Source: Pachysolen tannophilus NRRL Y-2460 (taxonomy: Eukaryota). Taken from it: 64,000 nucleotides of DNA. The translations under genes were made by a program, and so were the position numbers. Of the stretch, positions 1-12,926 are shown piece by piece. The notes beneath the pieces are model-generated. The model was not told where the DNA came from. It made no database searches and worked only from the letters and a program-made list of their open reading frames with translations. The stretch lies in the NCBI GenBank assembly GCA_001661245.1, contig KV454012.1, forward strand, positions 1,074,848-1,138,847, in the 5' to 3' direction. How positions within the stretch are numbered: the first letter of the stretch is position 1; each line of letters begins with the position of its first letter.

Positions 1-138
1 AAGAAAGAAAGAAAGAAAGAAAGAGATACCAATAGCGCTTAATCTATTGTTAAATAGCAGAGGGAAAGTTGATGTTTTTGGGTTTTTCCTGAAAAAAAAT
101 AAAAAGAAAGAAAAGATTTATAAGAAACAGTAGCGAAT

Positions 139-2247
139 ATGGTTTTAGTTAATGGAGTCAAGTACGCATGTGAAAGATGTATTAGGGGACATAGAGTTAC
201 AACATGTACACATACAGATCAGCCGTTGATGATGATTAAGCCAAAGGGGAGACCAAGTACAACTTGTGAACATTGTAAAGCTGCAAGGAAAAATAAAAAT
301 CAACATGCAAGTTGTAACTGTGGTAAGAGGACAAATCCTTCTCAACTGGAACATGATGAAGAGTGTAATTGTAGGAAAATGGAGTTGTGTACCTGTCAAT
401 CTAAAAAGAAGAAACTGCCAACTTTGAAGAAGAAAGATCTGCTGCAACAACAGTTTCAGTTACAGCAGCAGCAACAACAACAACAACAACATCCGAATAA
501 AAACCAAGGTCAAAGTGCGGGGCAATTCAATACCTCTATTGATAACGATTTTTCTCTATTCCAAAGATCAAATCTTCATAATTTAGATAATAATGATACA
601 AATAACTCTAGTGAAAGTTTCCATATTCAACAACCTTTACCAACTTCATCATTTGATATGAGTCTTTCTGGTTCTTTATCAAGTGATATGTCAAATTTAG
701 CAACACATTCAAGTAGTGTTGCTTCAAATTTAAACAATTTGAATGATAACGCTTCTATTTATAATCAAAATATTAAACAGGTTGGTATGGAAATTTTACA
801 TAATTTTAGACCCAATACACCTCAAACTAGGGCTAGAGTTGGTGAAGTTAGTGTCCCAATAGATGAATACGTTGCTCCTTTACAACAAATGAATAATAAT
901 TTGAGTACTTTATTTGGTAATGAGCAGGATAAAAAAACTACTCATGGTACTAATAATAATAATATTAATAATATTAATAATAATAATAACAATAATAATA
1001 ACAATAGTAATAGCAACGTTGAAGAGGATTTCAGAAATGACGATATATCAAATGGTAATACTAGCAATAATGTTATTAGTGATGATATGGGAAGGGCAGA
1101 TAGTGGTATGTCTAATGGTGTATTATCAGACTTGCCAGTTCCATTCCCTGGGTCCGGGTTGTTGGATTTATTTTCTTCTGAAAATAAAAATGAATATGTT
1201 AACGGTAATAATATTAATAATAATAATAATAATAATAACATGAACATTAATTCCAGCAATTTTAACCAACAACAGCAACAAAGGCAATATACAAATCATA
1301 TGAATGCATCCAGTACAAGCATAAACACAACTGCATCTAATAGAAATTCTAACTACAATTTACAATCACCTCAACTATCAGAACTTTCCCCTTCAAACAC
1401 AGGAAATAATGATTCTCATGGTCCTGAAGGAATATTCCCATTGTTTTCATTAGTTGGACCTTCTACAAATTCACCTACTTCTGAAGCTGATTCAAGTAGA
1501 TCATCATTAACCCATAGTAGGGAATCATCCAATAGTATTATAGGCTACCATTTAAATCATCAATCTTCAAGTAATCATTTACAACATTATTACCAACAGT
1601 TACCTGCTCAACATGCACCACATAATATCAATAATAGTAATTTGAATAGCACTAACAGTATAAATAGTAGTAGTGGTTCAGGAGGACTACATCATGTTCA
1701 TGGTCATTATCAAAATCATTTTTCACCTTATCCGGCACCAAAGAGATCAGGAAGTTTCTTATCTATTGCAAGTAGTACCACTTCTACAAATGATTTATTA
1801 TCAAATTCTTCGAGACCTCCATTATACAGTGTGAATAGTACTGATTCTTTAGCAAGTTTACAACATCAACAAACTTTAACAAAGAGCAATACAAATACCA
1901 CCGCGTATAATGGGGCGATCTCAAATAATAATATGAATTCATCTGCTGCTACTAATGCTGCTGCAAATAATTTTCTTACTAACATTAGCGATAACAGCGG
2001 ACCACAACAAGAAAATCAAGAGGTATCAAATAATAGTGACCTTAACAACAACAATGTTAATAACTCATTTATTGATATCAGCAGTATTGGCAACATCCCA
2101 ATTACAAGTTCCTTATTTATGTCACCTTCAACTTCATCAATGTCCAACACCAACAACACGAACACCAACAACAACAATTCAGAAACTTTGTATGATGATT
2201 TCAATAATATCGATACATTTTTAGATAGCAATCGCAGTGATAGATGA
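139..2247 (+). CDS. HAA1: Copper-fist (Ace1/Haa1 family) transcription factor, Haa1-like
   Basis: N-terminus MVLVNGVKYACERCIRGHRVTTCTHTDQPLMMIKPKGRPSTTC is the copper-fist domain; internal RVGEVSVPIDEY motif typical of Haa1; long polyN/polyQ tracts. Confidence 0.88.
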   Translation: MVLVNGVKYACERCIRGHRVTTCTHTDQPLMMIKPKGRPSTTCEHCKAARKNKNQHASCNCGKRTNPSQLEHDEECNCRKMELCTCQSKKKKLPTLKKKDLLQQQFQLQQQQQQQQQHPNKNQGQSAGQFNTSIDNDFSLFQRSNLHNLDNNDTNNSSESFHIQQPLPTSSFDMSLSGSLSSDMSNLATHSSSVASNLNNLNDNASIYNQNIKQVGMEILHNFRPNTPQTRARVGEVSVPIDEYVAPLQQMNNNLSTLFGNEQDKKTTHGTNNNNINNINNNNNNNNNNSNSNVEEDFRNDDISNGNTSNNVISDDMGRADSGMSNGVLSDLPVPFPGSGLLDLFSSENKNEYVNGNNINNNNNNNNMNINSSNFNQQQQQRQYTNHMNASSTSINTTASNRNSNYNLQSPQLSELSPSNTGNNDSHGPEGIFPLFSLVGPSTNSPTSEADSSRSSLTHSRESSNSIIGYHLNHQSSSNHLQHYYQQLPAQHAPHNINNSNLNSTNSINSSSGSGGLHHVHGHYQNHFSPYPAPKRSGSFLSIASSTTSTNDLLSNSSRPPLYSVNSTDSLASLQHQQTLTKSNTNTTAYNGAISNNNMNSSAATNAAANNFLTNISDNSGPQQENQEVSNNSDLNNNNVNNSFIDISSIGNIPITSSLFMSPSTSSMSNTNNTNTNNNNSETLYDDFNNIDTFLDSNRSDR

Positions 2248-2889
2248 GAAAAGAAAAGGGAAAACACACTTTTTTTTAAAGAAAAGAATAAAAAAAAAAA
2301 AAAATTCAAAGATGGAAAATCTTTAATAAAAGAGAAAAAGAAAAGAAGACAGCTATTTATTCAAACTATTTGCTTTAAAAATTTTTTGCTCAATATTGAA
2401 AGTTATTTATCTACTAATTACTATTCAACTGATTAATTACTGCTTAGCTCAATAAAGAAAGAGGTGCTTTTATTAATCTCATATCCTCTTATTAATACTT
2501 TTTTTTATTATTTTTCCTTTTATTTACAAATTACTGATATGAAAAAAAGCAATACATATTCTAAGAAGGAACTCTTTAATTTATTTTACAATTAGAGATT
2601 AACTGATTTAGGACCAATATATACATACATATATATATATATATATATCTTGGATTCTTTTGTTTTTTATTTTATTTTCATACAATGTGTTATATATATT
2701 CATTTTTATATTTTTATTTCAAATTAATTATCATCATCATATAATATTCATTTAAAACGTCTTTTTAATGCACGTAAAAAAAATTTAGTATAACCCCCTT
2801 TTTACAATTACAATAATTAATTTTCTTTTGTTTTAATAATTGCTGAGAGATATCTTGATTAAACTGATTGAGTCCTGTGAAAAGATATA

Positions 2890-5247
2890 ATGAACTTCTT
2901 TAATCAGAACAATTTAGTAACTCAACAACATGGTGATGTTGGTATTGTTTGGTATGTTTTCAATTGTATTAATTATTTTTTTTTGATTTTTTATTTTGAC
3001 TATTTGTTTGTTCCCTTTGTTTAGTAAACAAATTTTAACCCGGTACAAACCTAGTATATCACATAAGAACAAAATACTAACTGACTTGTGAAAACTATAT
3101 GGGGTGAAGGTTATTGGCAACTTTGGGCTCAAAATCAGCTCATAAGAAAGTTGTGAAGAAAGATATCATGAATGTTTCAATCCCATCTACATGCAAGACT
3201 ATTTCAGATCCACCCCAGCCATTGGCTTTAAGATTGAGCTCTAATTTATTATATGGAGTCACATTGGTTTATAGACAACAGACTGAGTATTTCTATGGTA
3301 AGTATTGGTGAAAACAAAAGAATGAATGAATGAAATTTAATTGGATCTTAACTAACATGAATTTATTTTTAAGCTGATACAACTGTTGCGAGGACGAGAC
3401 TTTCTAAAGGGTTTTTATCTAAAAATATGAAGGATGTTCATTTAACAGTTCCAAATATTATTGAACTACCAGTACTTAATATTTTTGAAAATGATAATAA
3501 TAAGCAGACTATTCTGACTGAATCTAATGAACAAATTCAGATTCTGCAAATATCCAAAAATTCAATAATGACAAACAGGGTTTTCCTTAACGATGATCCA
3601 TTGTTTAATGTTGAAATTGATTTATTACCAGAATTGACATTTGATGATATTAAACAAGATTCTGATGTTGTAGAAGTCCTAAAAAGAAAAGAAAAAATTG
3701 CTGCAAATGATCTCTTGAACAAAGTTGTAGCAATCAATACGAGTAAAAGGGGGAATGATTTAGATTTTACAACTATTAACTTAGATGTTGATATCACAAA
3801 TGACAATAGTGGAAACTTGCCTCAATTATTACCAGAAAGATTAAATGATGGGAATGATTTCCTTAATGTTAATAATTTACATGATGATTTAAATTTTGCA
3901 GTTAATGACGAAGATGAATTGTTGATAAATTTAGATGGAAGTAGTCAAATTGATTTCAACGCAAGACTTTCTAGTACTAGAAATAATACAAGTAGAATTA
4001 ATTCTAGAGCACCTTCTGTTTTACCAGATGTTGGTGAAGGTGTACCATTAGAATTTGAAAACGATTTTGATTTACCTGATTTTAGAACAAGTCAAGAAGA
4101 AAATAGAGATATGAATGCCGAAATGATTGCGGCTCAAGATAGACAAGGAAATAAAGTATCTCTTGTACAGAATGAAGATCAAAGTAAACCAAAACAACAG
4201 AGGGTGAAAAGACGTAAAGGTCTTAACACAATTCAAATTGATGATTCAATTATTTTATCTACAAAAGATTTGAGAAATTCCCTGAATGAATACATTGATA
4301 TTCAAATGGATGAAATTAATAAAAAATTTATATTGAAAAATAAATCCATTAATTTTGCTTATATTGATGCAAACCAAAGGTTTGAAAAAATTGAAGAATT
4401 ATTACAAAATCAAAATGATAATGAAATAGATAAAATTGTCGATGACTATTATAATTCTCCACTTAATTGTTTTAAAAGGGTTAAAACAAATAACATGAGT
4501 GATTTACAAGAAGAACCAGAATTTGATGTAGCCAATGTTTCAATAGAAATTCTGCGCGGTCGGCAAGTATTGAGAAGAAGAAGATCTTCATCTGCTTCTA
4601 TTGAAATTGGTAGAAATAACAATCAAAGTAGATCTAGATCTAGGTCTGCTTCAGATGTTATTAATTTTGAAATGTTAAACGATTTTGCTAATGACCGCAG
4701 ACTAGGTGGGTTTTCGAACGAAAATTTTATGGAATTTGGTGATTTTGGGGAACTTGGTGATTTTGAAAGAGAAGGTAATGATTTTGGACTGGGAGATGTA
4801 ACAGGAAGCGGAAGAAGAGGAAGAAGAAATTCAGTTGGTGGATTATTTAGAGATTCTTTTAGGGGACAGCGCTCTAGGTCAGAATCTCTGGGAAGAAGAA
4901 GAAGTTCTGGATTTAGAGACTTCTCCAAGAGAAGTACAAACACAGTTGTACAAACTTTTAATGAAGAGAATAATACTGATTCTTTAAGTTCTTATCATGT
5001 TCTTTATGATTATTTACTGAATTTAAAGATAGAATTATTAGATAGTGAAAAGAACTCTTCTAATGAAGCAGTAAACAAAGGACTTGAGAACGAAGGTGTT
5101 ATTATTCACTTTGATAAAATCTTACCTCAAAATATTACCAAGAGTAATGTTGTCAAAAATTTTTATAAATTATTAGAAATTGCAACCAGAGGATTATGTG
5201 ATTTGAAAAATGATGATTTTGGGGGTGTCGAAATCTTCATTTATTAA
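2890..5247 (+). CDS. REC8: Meiotic cohesin kleisin Rec8; exons 2890-2951, 3110-3297, 3374-5247
   Basis: Splicing gives MNFFNQNNLVTQQHGDVGIVWLLATLGSKS...LALRLSSNLLYGV (Rad21/Rec8 N-terminal domain) and a C-terminal FYKLLEIATRG winged-helix motif. Intron 1 2952-3109 (GTATGT, TACTAAC 3075-3081, AAG); intron 2 3298-3373 (GTAAGT, AACTAAC, AAG); frames join correctly. Confidence 0.85.
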
Positions 5248-5720
5248 TTTTGACGGGGAAAAAACAATAAATAAAGATCGCTCTATTCATTTTTTCCTTC
5301 TTTCTTTATATTTGAAATTTGCTGGAATAATTCGGATTCATTTTTTTGCTTTAGCTTGTACTTTATTTAATAATTTTGGATAATATCATCCAATTTTATT
5401 GTTATCATGCATGAATTTAACTAGTTAAATACTGGTAGAATATTTAAATTGTATAATACATATACATATACATATACATATATATTTATACATATATATT
5501 CACTAATAATGAAAAAAAAAAAAACATAATCTCACAAAAAAACAAAATTCAAGAGAAAATACCATATTGCAATACTAGCGACAGTAAAAAGAAATAAAAA
5601 GAGAAAAAAATGTACAAAAGAGCCAAAAGAGCCAAAAAAAAAAAAAAAAAAAAAATAAAAAAGAATAGAAAACAGCCTATAAGCTAACTGAGAAATCGAG
5701 TTAGTTAATTAGTAAATTAA

Positions 5721-6671
5721 TTAAACTACAACTTGATCTGTATTTTCTGCTGGCAGATGTTCATTTGCCCATCCTTCTTCAGCAGAAGCGCCTGTTCCAT
5801 CAATGTTTTCTTCAGCGCCATGATGGTAAACATCATCAGCTGTTCTACGAATTGATAAAGCTGGTTTAACAGCGGCAGAATCCAAAGTCCAAGAGGCCAA
5901 TGCATTTTCAGCATCAATAATAATCTGCTTTGAAGTTTCATAACCATCATATGCCGGTCTTGTTTCTCCCGGAGTAACAGCGGAATCATCCAATAACAGT
6001 AAGAGCGCTTTACCATAACCTGCAATTGAAGCCAATTTTTCAGAAAGTTCAATTAAAGATTCAAATTGATAATTAAAAGCAGCTTTTAATTTTTCTCTAG
6101 TAATATTTGATAATTGAGCTTCAGCAACTAAAGATTCAGCTTCAGCTCTAACTAATTCTTGTTCTAAAACTGCCAATTTTGGAGATTGAGGATCTTTATA
6201 TTTTAAATGAGCAATTTCATCAGTAATTTTCAATTTACGATCTCTTGAAGGTTGTACTGATGCTTCAATATTTCTAATTGATTTTAAAGTAATACGATAT
6301 TGATCATATTTATCAATAAATTGATCTTCCAATTCTCCAATTTCATAAATTAAAACACCCAACTTATCAGTAACATCCGAAACATCATCATCATTTTCTT
6401 CACCCCAAAGAGATAATTGTTTAGCAACAGTTTTCCGTTCTCTAGCAACTAATTCAAATGAGCGCTCTAAATTTTTTTCTGCTTTAATTAAAGTAGCCAA
6501 TTTTCTTGATAATTCAGGACCAAAAGAACCAGCAGTAGTTCTCCTTATAGAACCAACAAGTGAACTTTTACCAAAAAGCTTACCTTTAGTGGAAGCAGGT
6601 GGTGGTGCTGGTGAACTTAATTGAGTTGCTGATGGTGCTCTGCTCGAACGTAAAGAATATGTCCTGTGCAT
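5721..6671 (-). CDS. LSP1: Eisosome BAR-domain protein Lsp1 (Pil1/Lsp1 family)
   Basis: MHRTYSLR start; SIRNIEASVQPSRDRK, ITDEIAHLKYKDPQS and NITREKLKAA resemble Lsp1 more than Pil1. Confidence 0.88.
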   Translation of the reverse strand: MHRTYSLRSSRAPSATQLSSPAPPPASTKGKLFGKSSLVGSIRRTTAGSFGPELSRKLATLIKAEKNLERSFELVARERKTVAKQLSLWGEENDDDVSDVTDKLGVLIYEIGELEDQFIDKYDQYRITLKSIRNIEASVQPSRDRKLKITDEIAHLKYKDPQSPKLAVLEQELVRAEAESLVAEAQLSNITREKLKAAFNYQFESLIELSEKLASIAGYGKALLLLLDDSAVTPGETRPAYDGYETSKQIIIDAENALASWTLDSAAVKPALSIRRTADDVYHHGAEENIDGTGASAEEGWANEHLPAENTDQVVV

Positions 6672-7239
6672 AATGGCTTAAAAAAAAAATAAAAAAATAA
6701 AAGAAAATAAACTTGAATTTTAAACTACAGTTAGTTAATAATTAAAATTATAATTATAAAAAACTTTTATAAAAGAAGATAAAAGATAAAAGATTATATA
6801 TATAAATATATATTTAATTTAATAGCAATACAAGAACTAAATTGATGGATGTATTTCACAGCAATTTATATACTTTTTTCTTTTTTGGCCCAGATTTGAA
6901 GTTTATTATGTACGATGAGCTTTCTGCAGAAAACGCAACTTTATCAGACAGGGAAAGCAGCAGCAGAAGCAGCAGCAGCAGCAAAAAACAAAAAAGAAGA
7001 GTAAAAAGAGAAAAAAGAGAAGAGAAGAGCATGCACTTGCGTGCGCATATTACAAAAAAACAAAAAAAAAAAAAAGAAACCGGGACCACACAAACCGTAT
7101 ACAAAGCGCACACACAAAGCGCACACAATAGCCATGCTCATTCAAAAGTGCGGTAGTCTAAATAGAACAAATTTAAATAAAACAAAAGACAGAAAACAAC
7201 AAAACAAAGTCGTGCGCCAATCTTTAAAATGATTTGAGA

Positions 7240-8617
7240 TTAAGATTTTGTCTTCTTAGCACTACTATTTGAAGTTTCTTGTATTGTTCTCTTTTTAGGG
7301 TTTGTAAATTGAAGTTTCTCCAAGATTCTTAAATAGTCTTCTTCAAGTCTTTCATAAGCTGTTTGTAATTTATCTAATCTTGTTGGTTTATCTAATTCTA
7401 AGAGTGCATCTTTATTTTTATATATAATCTTTTCTTTATTTGCAATCTAATTTTTTTGTTGATAATTGTAGCAGTAATGGATTTTTTGAATCAAATTTTT
7501 TCATATATAATAATGCCATTTCACAACATCTTTGAAGTTGTCTTTTATCTAGTTTTAATTGTTTTTCTTTTAAATCTAACCATTTTTTAGAAATAGGTAG
7601 ATTTAATTTGGCTACTTCTTCGAAAAACCCAATCAGGTGTAATCTTTCTAAATCACATCTATCACGAAGATCATCAAATGATTCATTTGGATCTTCTATA
7701 GCAATACTTTTGGCATGTTTATCATTCAACCAATGATCAACCATTGCATTATATAAATGTTTACCATGACCTTTTTGTTGATATGGTGGTAACACCACAA
7801 ATTGTGAAATTTTTTTATTTGAATCTAACATTGATTCTTCTGATAGATCATATTCATTAAAACCAGGATAACGGAAATAAGAATACAGAGTACAAAAACC
7901 AACAAATGATGGGCGTGAAGAGAATGATGATGATGATGATTTTTTTATAGTAGAAGTCTTATATAAAAAATAAAGTTCCCATGATAAATCAGATTTATCA
8001 ATATATGATCCCAGTTCTATGAAAAATAATACAAAAATTTGCATTCTAAGATGTAATTTTAAAGCTTCATCATCTTTAAAACATGTTTTATAAATACTAA
8101 AAATTTCACCATTTTCATCTTTATATTCTTTTATTAATTCACCAGGAATTTTAAAAAAATTCAGCTCTTGATTTTTTTTATCAACCCATTTTGATTCATC
8201 TTTTAAAATAGTAGATTCAGGTAAATATTCCATTAATTTTTTTTCTGGATCTTCAATATCAACATTTGGTAATTTTTCAGAGTATGAAACATTTAAAAAT
8301 GGTAATAAAGTAGTTGAATCAAAGGCAAGATTAATCTTAAGGTCCTGATATCCAAAGATTTGCTCTGCATCACCAAAAATAGGATAAGTAAATGCAGGAT
8401 GAAACTTGAAAGCACCTTCTTCTTCAGCTGGACAAATAAACAATTAAATGGGAACTTGTTAATAAAAAAAGCCACAGCTATAAAAAAAAAAAAACAATTC
8501 AATTCAAATTGAAAATTACATACCTAATGACAATGTTAAAGCATCATTGGAAGAAGCTGTCCAAACTTCTGGAGCAAATGAAGCAATGTCAACAGCAACC
8601 GATGACGAAGATGACAT
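7240..8617 (-). CDS. HAT1: Histone acetyltransferase type B catalytic subunit; exon 1 8617-8524, intron 8523-8428, exon 2 8427-7240 with an apparent -1 frameshift at the A7 run (7451-7457)
   Basis: Exon 1 encodes PEVWTASSNDAL; GTATGT donor, TATTAAC branch-like site, CAG acceptor; FHPAFTYPIFGD, ISQFVVLPPYQ..GHG and EDPNESFDDLRDRCD motifs; the conserved tail IRLQIKKRLYIKNKDAL..KLQTAYERLEEDY is in the -1 frame and ends at TAA 7240-7242. Confidence 0.88.
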
Positions 8618-8996
8618 GATGAAATTCCTATCTAAATCTCCTCCCTTATACTGCAAAAACAATTTTTTTGAAGCTATAAAATAATTAAATAATTATATAC
8701 GCGTATAATAACATATTTTCCTTCCACACTTTATGGAAAGTTCATATTTTTCGCTTAAATTTGACCATTAATTTTTTTTTTTTGGCCTTTTTTTTTTTTT
8801 TTTAAAGAAAAAGCTGATGTTCGTTATCAATTTTGATTAATTAATTAATTATATTATATTATATAGTAATAACAATAATAATAATAATAATAATAATAAT
8901 AATTGAATAATAATTTAAAAATCTTGTTTATTTGTTCAAGAGGTAAAAACGAAAAGAAAAAAAAAAAAAACAATCATATTTGAATTAATATAGTTG

Positions 8997-9860
8997 ATGG
9001 CTCCAGCTACAGATTTACCAGTTTCCAATACTTCATTTATTGTAGGTCTTAGGCCTTTGTTGAAAACACCTCAATTTTATTGGTTTTTAGGACATGCATC
9101 TGCTATATTCTTCACTATATTGTGTAGTTTATTTTCATTATTCAGATCACCATTAGCACCAACTCCTTTAAAATATTATAATTATTCATTAAATTGTATA
9201 ATTTTTACTTATTTGATTGTTTTAAGACAAAGTTATAAGAGTAGACCAATTTTAACATTATTAGCTCAATATCCTACATTATTAAAAGATGATAATGTTC
9301 AATATTTATCATTAGCATTATTATTTAGGTTAAGTTCAAAATTTCCAGGACCTATTCAAGGTGGTCTTTATCCTTTTGTAATTTTTGCAATTTTCCATTC
9401 AATAAATTATATTAAATCATATTTATTACCAATTTTACCATTAGATATTAATATGAAAAATTATTATTCAAATTTAATTACTACAATTATTACAAATTAT
9501 AATGAACAATCACTTTATGTTGCAGCTAATACAGAAGTTGTTTTAATTATTCAAGTAATTTTCACATTAATTAAATTATTTTTATTATTTGGTTGGTTAA
9601 GATCAAATCCAATTAAAACTTTAAAAAATTTAGCAGTATCAATTGGTATTATAATTTTTATTAAATTTCGTTATGATCAAAGTAAATTTACTAAAGCTAT
9701 AATTAATAGTTATGATTTAAAAATTAATCAAATCTTATACAGTTCTCCATATATTCCAGAAAGTTTTAGAACAATTTATCAAGTTATAAAAAAATTCATT
9801 ATAACTTATATAGGACCAATAAGAGTTCCAATTCAAAGAAATATTAGAAAAAATGATTAA
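8997..9860 (+). CDS. POM33: Pom33/Per33 (TMEM33 family) nuclear pore/ER membrane protein
   Basis: PQFYWFLGH, DDNVQYL and FAIFHS motifs, multiple hydrophobic segments; next to an SSA gene as in S. cerevisiae; first ATG 8997. Confidence 0.75.
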   Translation: MAPATDLPVSNTSFIVGLRPLLKTPQFYWFLGHASAIFFTILCSLFSLFRSPLAPTPLKYYNYSLNCIIFTYLIVLRQSYKSRPILTLLAQYPTLLKDDNVQYLSLALLFRLSSKFPGPIQGGLYPFVIFAIFHSINYIKSYLLPILPLDINMKNYYSNLITTIITNYNEQSLYVAANTEVVLIIQVIFTLIKLFLLFGWLRSNPIKTLKNLAVSIGIIIFIKFRYDQSKFTKAIINSYDLKINQILYSSPYIPESFRTIYQVIKKFIITYIGPIRVPIQRNIRKND

Positions 9861-10370
9861 TTAATAAAAATTAAATTTAAATAAAAATAATTTAATATTA
9901 AAGGAAGTGAGAAAGAAAACTTGAACTTAAAGACTTTTTGGGTATATCAAGTGTTACGGTTTTATACAATTTATATAGTTAATTAGTTAACAGTAAGTAA
10001 TACAAACGAACGAACAAAAGGTTTGTATTAATTTAGTTATTACTGAATACGGAAATCACAATTTAAAATCTGAATCTTTATGTCCATCAAGAAAGAAAAA
10101 AAAAATGGCCTTTTTAGATAGATCGATTCTATGAAGTAATTGTGACGTAAATAAATAACAAATATATAGACTTAACTTGCAACCATAACAACAAAATTTT
10201 TTATTTCTATTGTATTTATTTAATTTTAAAAAAACAAATTCAATTTATTAAACTTTTCCCTTTCTATGCGGCTCTTTTTTTTTTTTTAATTATTTTTTTT
10301 TTTCTTAATAAATACTTAGAAAAAATTTAATAAGATAAATTGTTCGGGCCAACCGCACCGGAGTTTCCAG

Positions 10371-10385
10371 TTTCGAGAATATTCG
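10371..10385. promoter_or_regulatory. Heat shock element (nTTCnnGAAnnTTCn) upstream of HSP70
   Basis: TTTCGAGAATATTCG, about 600 bp upstream of the SSA ATG. Confidence 0.7.
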
Positions 10386-10973
10386 AGATAAGACCAGACT
10401 GGAGAAGTACGGAGGCTCCCGAAAAACCAAAAAATACCAAAAAAAAAAGACGCACAAAAGCGGAAGCAGCGAAGATGGCAAAGAAAAACTCTTAGATGGA
10501 GATACAGAAGTACTAGTATTAAGTGGAAAAAGTTAGCTAACGGAAGAAAAAAAAAAAAAAAACTAGAAAGTACTAGTTCCTACTAGGAGAACTTTGGGAC
10601 CTGACGAAGATTATGGAACTTTTTTTTTTCTTTTTGTTTTTATTTTTTATTTTTCGTTTTTTTTTGTTTTATGACATGTTTTCGAACTTTATTTCCCCTT
10701 GTAGCAATTTAGTATGTCTAGTTGGGCAACAAAAGAATTTTCCATTGGCTTCCACGGTATAATGTATTGAAGGTACAAGCTGAATTGAATTGATTGTCAT
10801 AAGATGTTATATAAATGATTGTTAAATTCCTTTAATTCTTCTTGTCTTAATTTATTTTTTATTTTAATTATTAACAAGTTTGATTTTTCTTTTTTATTCT
10901 GATAGGTTTGAAAAGATTAATAGATATATATAATAAATAATAATAATAATAATAATATAAGAAGAAGAAGAAT

Positions 10974-12926
10974 ATGTCTAAAGCGATTGGTATTGATTTA
11001 GGTACAACGTACTCATGTGTTGGTCATTTTACAAATAATAGAGTTGAAATTATTGCTAATGATCAAGGTAATAGAACTACACCATCGTTTGTTGCATTCA
11101 CCGATACAGAAAGATTAATTGGTGATGCTGCAAAGAATCAAGCTGCAATGAACCCTTCTAATACTGTTTTTGATGCAAAGAGATTGATTGGTAGGAAGTT
11201 TAATGATCAAGAGGTTCAAAGTGATGCTAAGCATTTCCCATTTAAAGTCATTGATAAAGGAGGTAAACCAAATATACAAGTTGAATTTAAAGGTGAAACA
11301 AAGGTATTTACCCCAGAAGAAATTTCATCAATGGTTTTAACAAAAATGAGAGAAACTGCAGAAAATTTCTTGGGCGGTAAAGTAACAGATGCAGTTATTA
11401 CTGTTCCTGCTTATTTTAATGATTCTCAAAGACAAGCAACTAAAGATGCAGGTTTAATTGCAGGTTTGAACGTTTTAAGAATCATTAATGAACCAACAGC
11501 GGCTGCAATTGCATACGGTTTGGATAAAAAAGATTCTGGTAAAGGTGAACATAATATCTTGATTTTTGATTTAGGTGGTGGTACTTTTGATGTTTCATTA
11601 TTATCAATTGATGAAGGTATCTTCGAAGTTAAAGCCACTGCTGGTGATACCCATTTAGGAGGTGAAGATTTTGATAATAGATTGGTTAATCATTTTGTTC
11701 AAGAATTTAAACGTAAATATAAGAAAGATTTATCAAGTAATCAAAGATCATTAAGAAGATTAAGAACTGCTTGTGAACGTGCTAAGCGTACTTTATCTTC
11801 TTCAGCTCAAACTTCTGTAGAAATTGATTCCTTATATGAAGGTATTGATTTTTACACTTCAATTACAAGAGCAAGATTTGAAGAATTATGTTCAGATTTA
11901 TTTAGATCAACCTTAGATCCAGTTGAAAAAGTCTTAAAAGATGCTAAATTAGATAAATCACAAATTGAAGAAATTGTTCTTGTTGGTGGTTCTACAAGAA
12001 TTCCAAAAATTCAAAAATTAGTTTCTGATTTCTTTAATGGTAAAGAACCAAATAAGTCAATTAATCCAGATGAAGCTGTTGCTTACGGTGCTGCTGTTCA
12101 AGCTGCTATTTTGACGGGTGATACTTCTTCAAAAACTCAAGATTTGTTGTTGTTAGATGTTGCTCCATTATCCTTGGGTATTGAGACCGCGGGCGGTGTT
12201 ATGACCAAATTGATTCCAAGAAACTCTACAATTCCTGCCAAGAAATCCGAGGTCTTTTCAACATATGCTGATAATCAACCAGGTGTTTTAATTCAAGTTT
12301 TTGAAGGTGAAAGAGCAAGAACTAAGGATAACAACTTGTTGGGTAAATTTGAATTATCAGGTATTCCACCTGCTCCAAGAGGTGTTCCACAAATTGAAGT
12401 TACTTTTGATATTGATGCTAATGGTATCTTGAATGTTTCTGCTGTTGAAAAAGGTACTGGTAAGACCAACAAGATTACTATTACAAATGATAAAGGTAGA
12501 TTATCAAAGGATGAGATTGAAAGAATGGTTGCTGAAGCTGAAAAATTCAAAGATGAAGATGAAAAAGAAGCAAAGAGAATTTCAGCTAAGAATGCATTGG
12601 AATCATATTCTTATTCTTTAAAAAATACTTTATCAGAAGAAGGATTTAAAGAAAAAGTTGATGCTTCTGAAAGAGAATCATTGGAGAAATCAATCAATGA
12701 AACAATCTCATGGTTGGATGAATCTCAAGCTGCTTCCACAGAAGAATATGAGGAAAAACAAAAAGAATTGGAAGAAATCGCTAAACCAATCATGATGAAG
12801 TTCTACGGTGCAGGAGGCGCTCCAGGTGCAGGTGCAGGTGCAGCTCCAGGAGGTTTCCCAGGAGCTGGAGGTGCTCCAGGTGGTGATGCAGATGGATCAG
12901 GCCCAACTGTTGAAGAAGTTGATTAA
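10974..12926 (+). CDS. SSA: Cytosolic Hsp70, SSA subfamily
   Basis: [39 protein letters not shown] and C-terminal GPTVEEVD; paralog number not assignable. Confidence 0.97.
   Translation: MSKAIGIDLGTTYSCVGHFTNNRVEIIANDQGNRTTPSFVAFTDTERLIGDAAKNQAAMNPSNTVFDAKRLIGRKFNDQEVQSDAKHFPFKVIDKGGKPNIQVEFKGETKVFTPEEISSMVLTKMRETAENFLGGKVTDAVITVPAYFNDSQRQATKDAGLIAGLNVLRIINEPTAAAIAYGLDKKDSGKGEHNILIFDLGGGTFDVSLLSIDEGIFEVKATAGDTHLGGEDFDNRLVNHFVQEFKRKYKKDLSSNQRSLRRLRTACERAKRTLSSSAQTSVEIDSLYEGIDFYTSITRARFEELCSDLFRSTLDPVEKVLKDAKLDKSQIEEIVLVGGSTRIPKIQKLVSDFFNGKEPNKSINPDEAVAYGAAVQAAILTGDTSSKTQDLLLLDVAPLSLGIETAGGVMTKLIPRNSTIPAKKSEVFSTYADNQPGVLIQVFEGERARTKDNNLLGKFELSGIPPAPRGVPQIEVTFDIDANGILNVSAVEKGTGKTNKITITNDKGRLSKDEIERMVAEAEKFKDEDEKEAKRISAKNALESYSYSLKNTLSEEGFKEKVDASERESLEKSINETISWLDESQAASTEEYEEKQKELEEIAKPIMMKFYGAGGAPGAGAGAAPGGFPGAGGAPGGDADGSGPTVEEVD

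Noticed and set aside
145..2309. Antisense and alternative-frame Leu/Ile-rich ORFs over HAA1 (similar ones over RGD1, SSA, RAD54, SUN and AFG2)
   Set aside because: Shadows of AAT/CAA repeats and codon bias; no independent motifs
6842..7232. Overlapping short ORFs upstream of LSP1
   Set aside because: Built from CAG and poly(A) tracts in promoter DNA; no protein-like content
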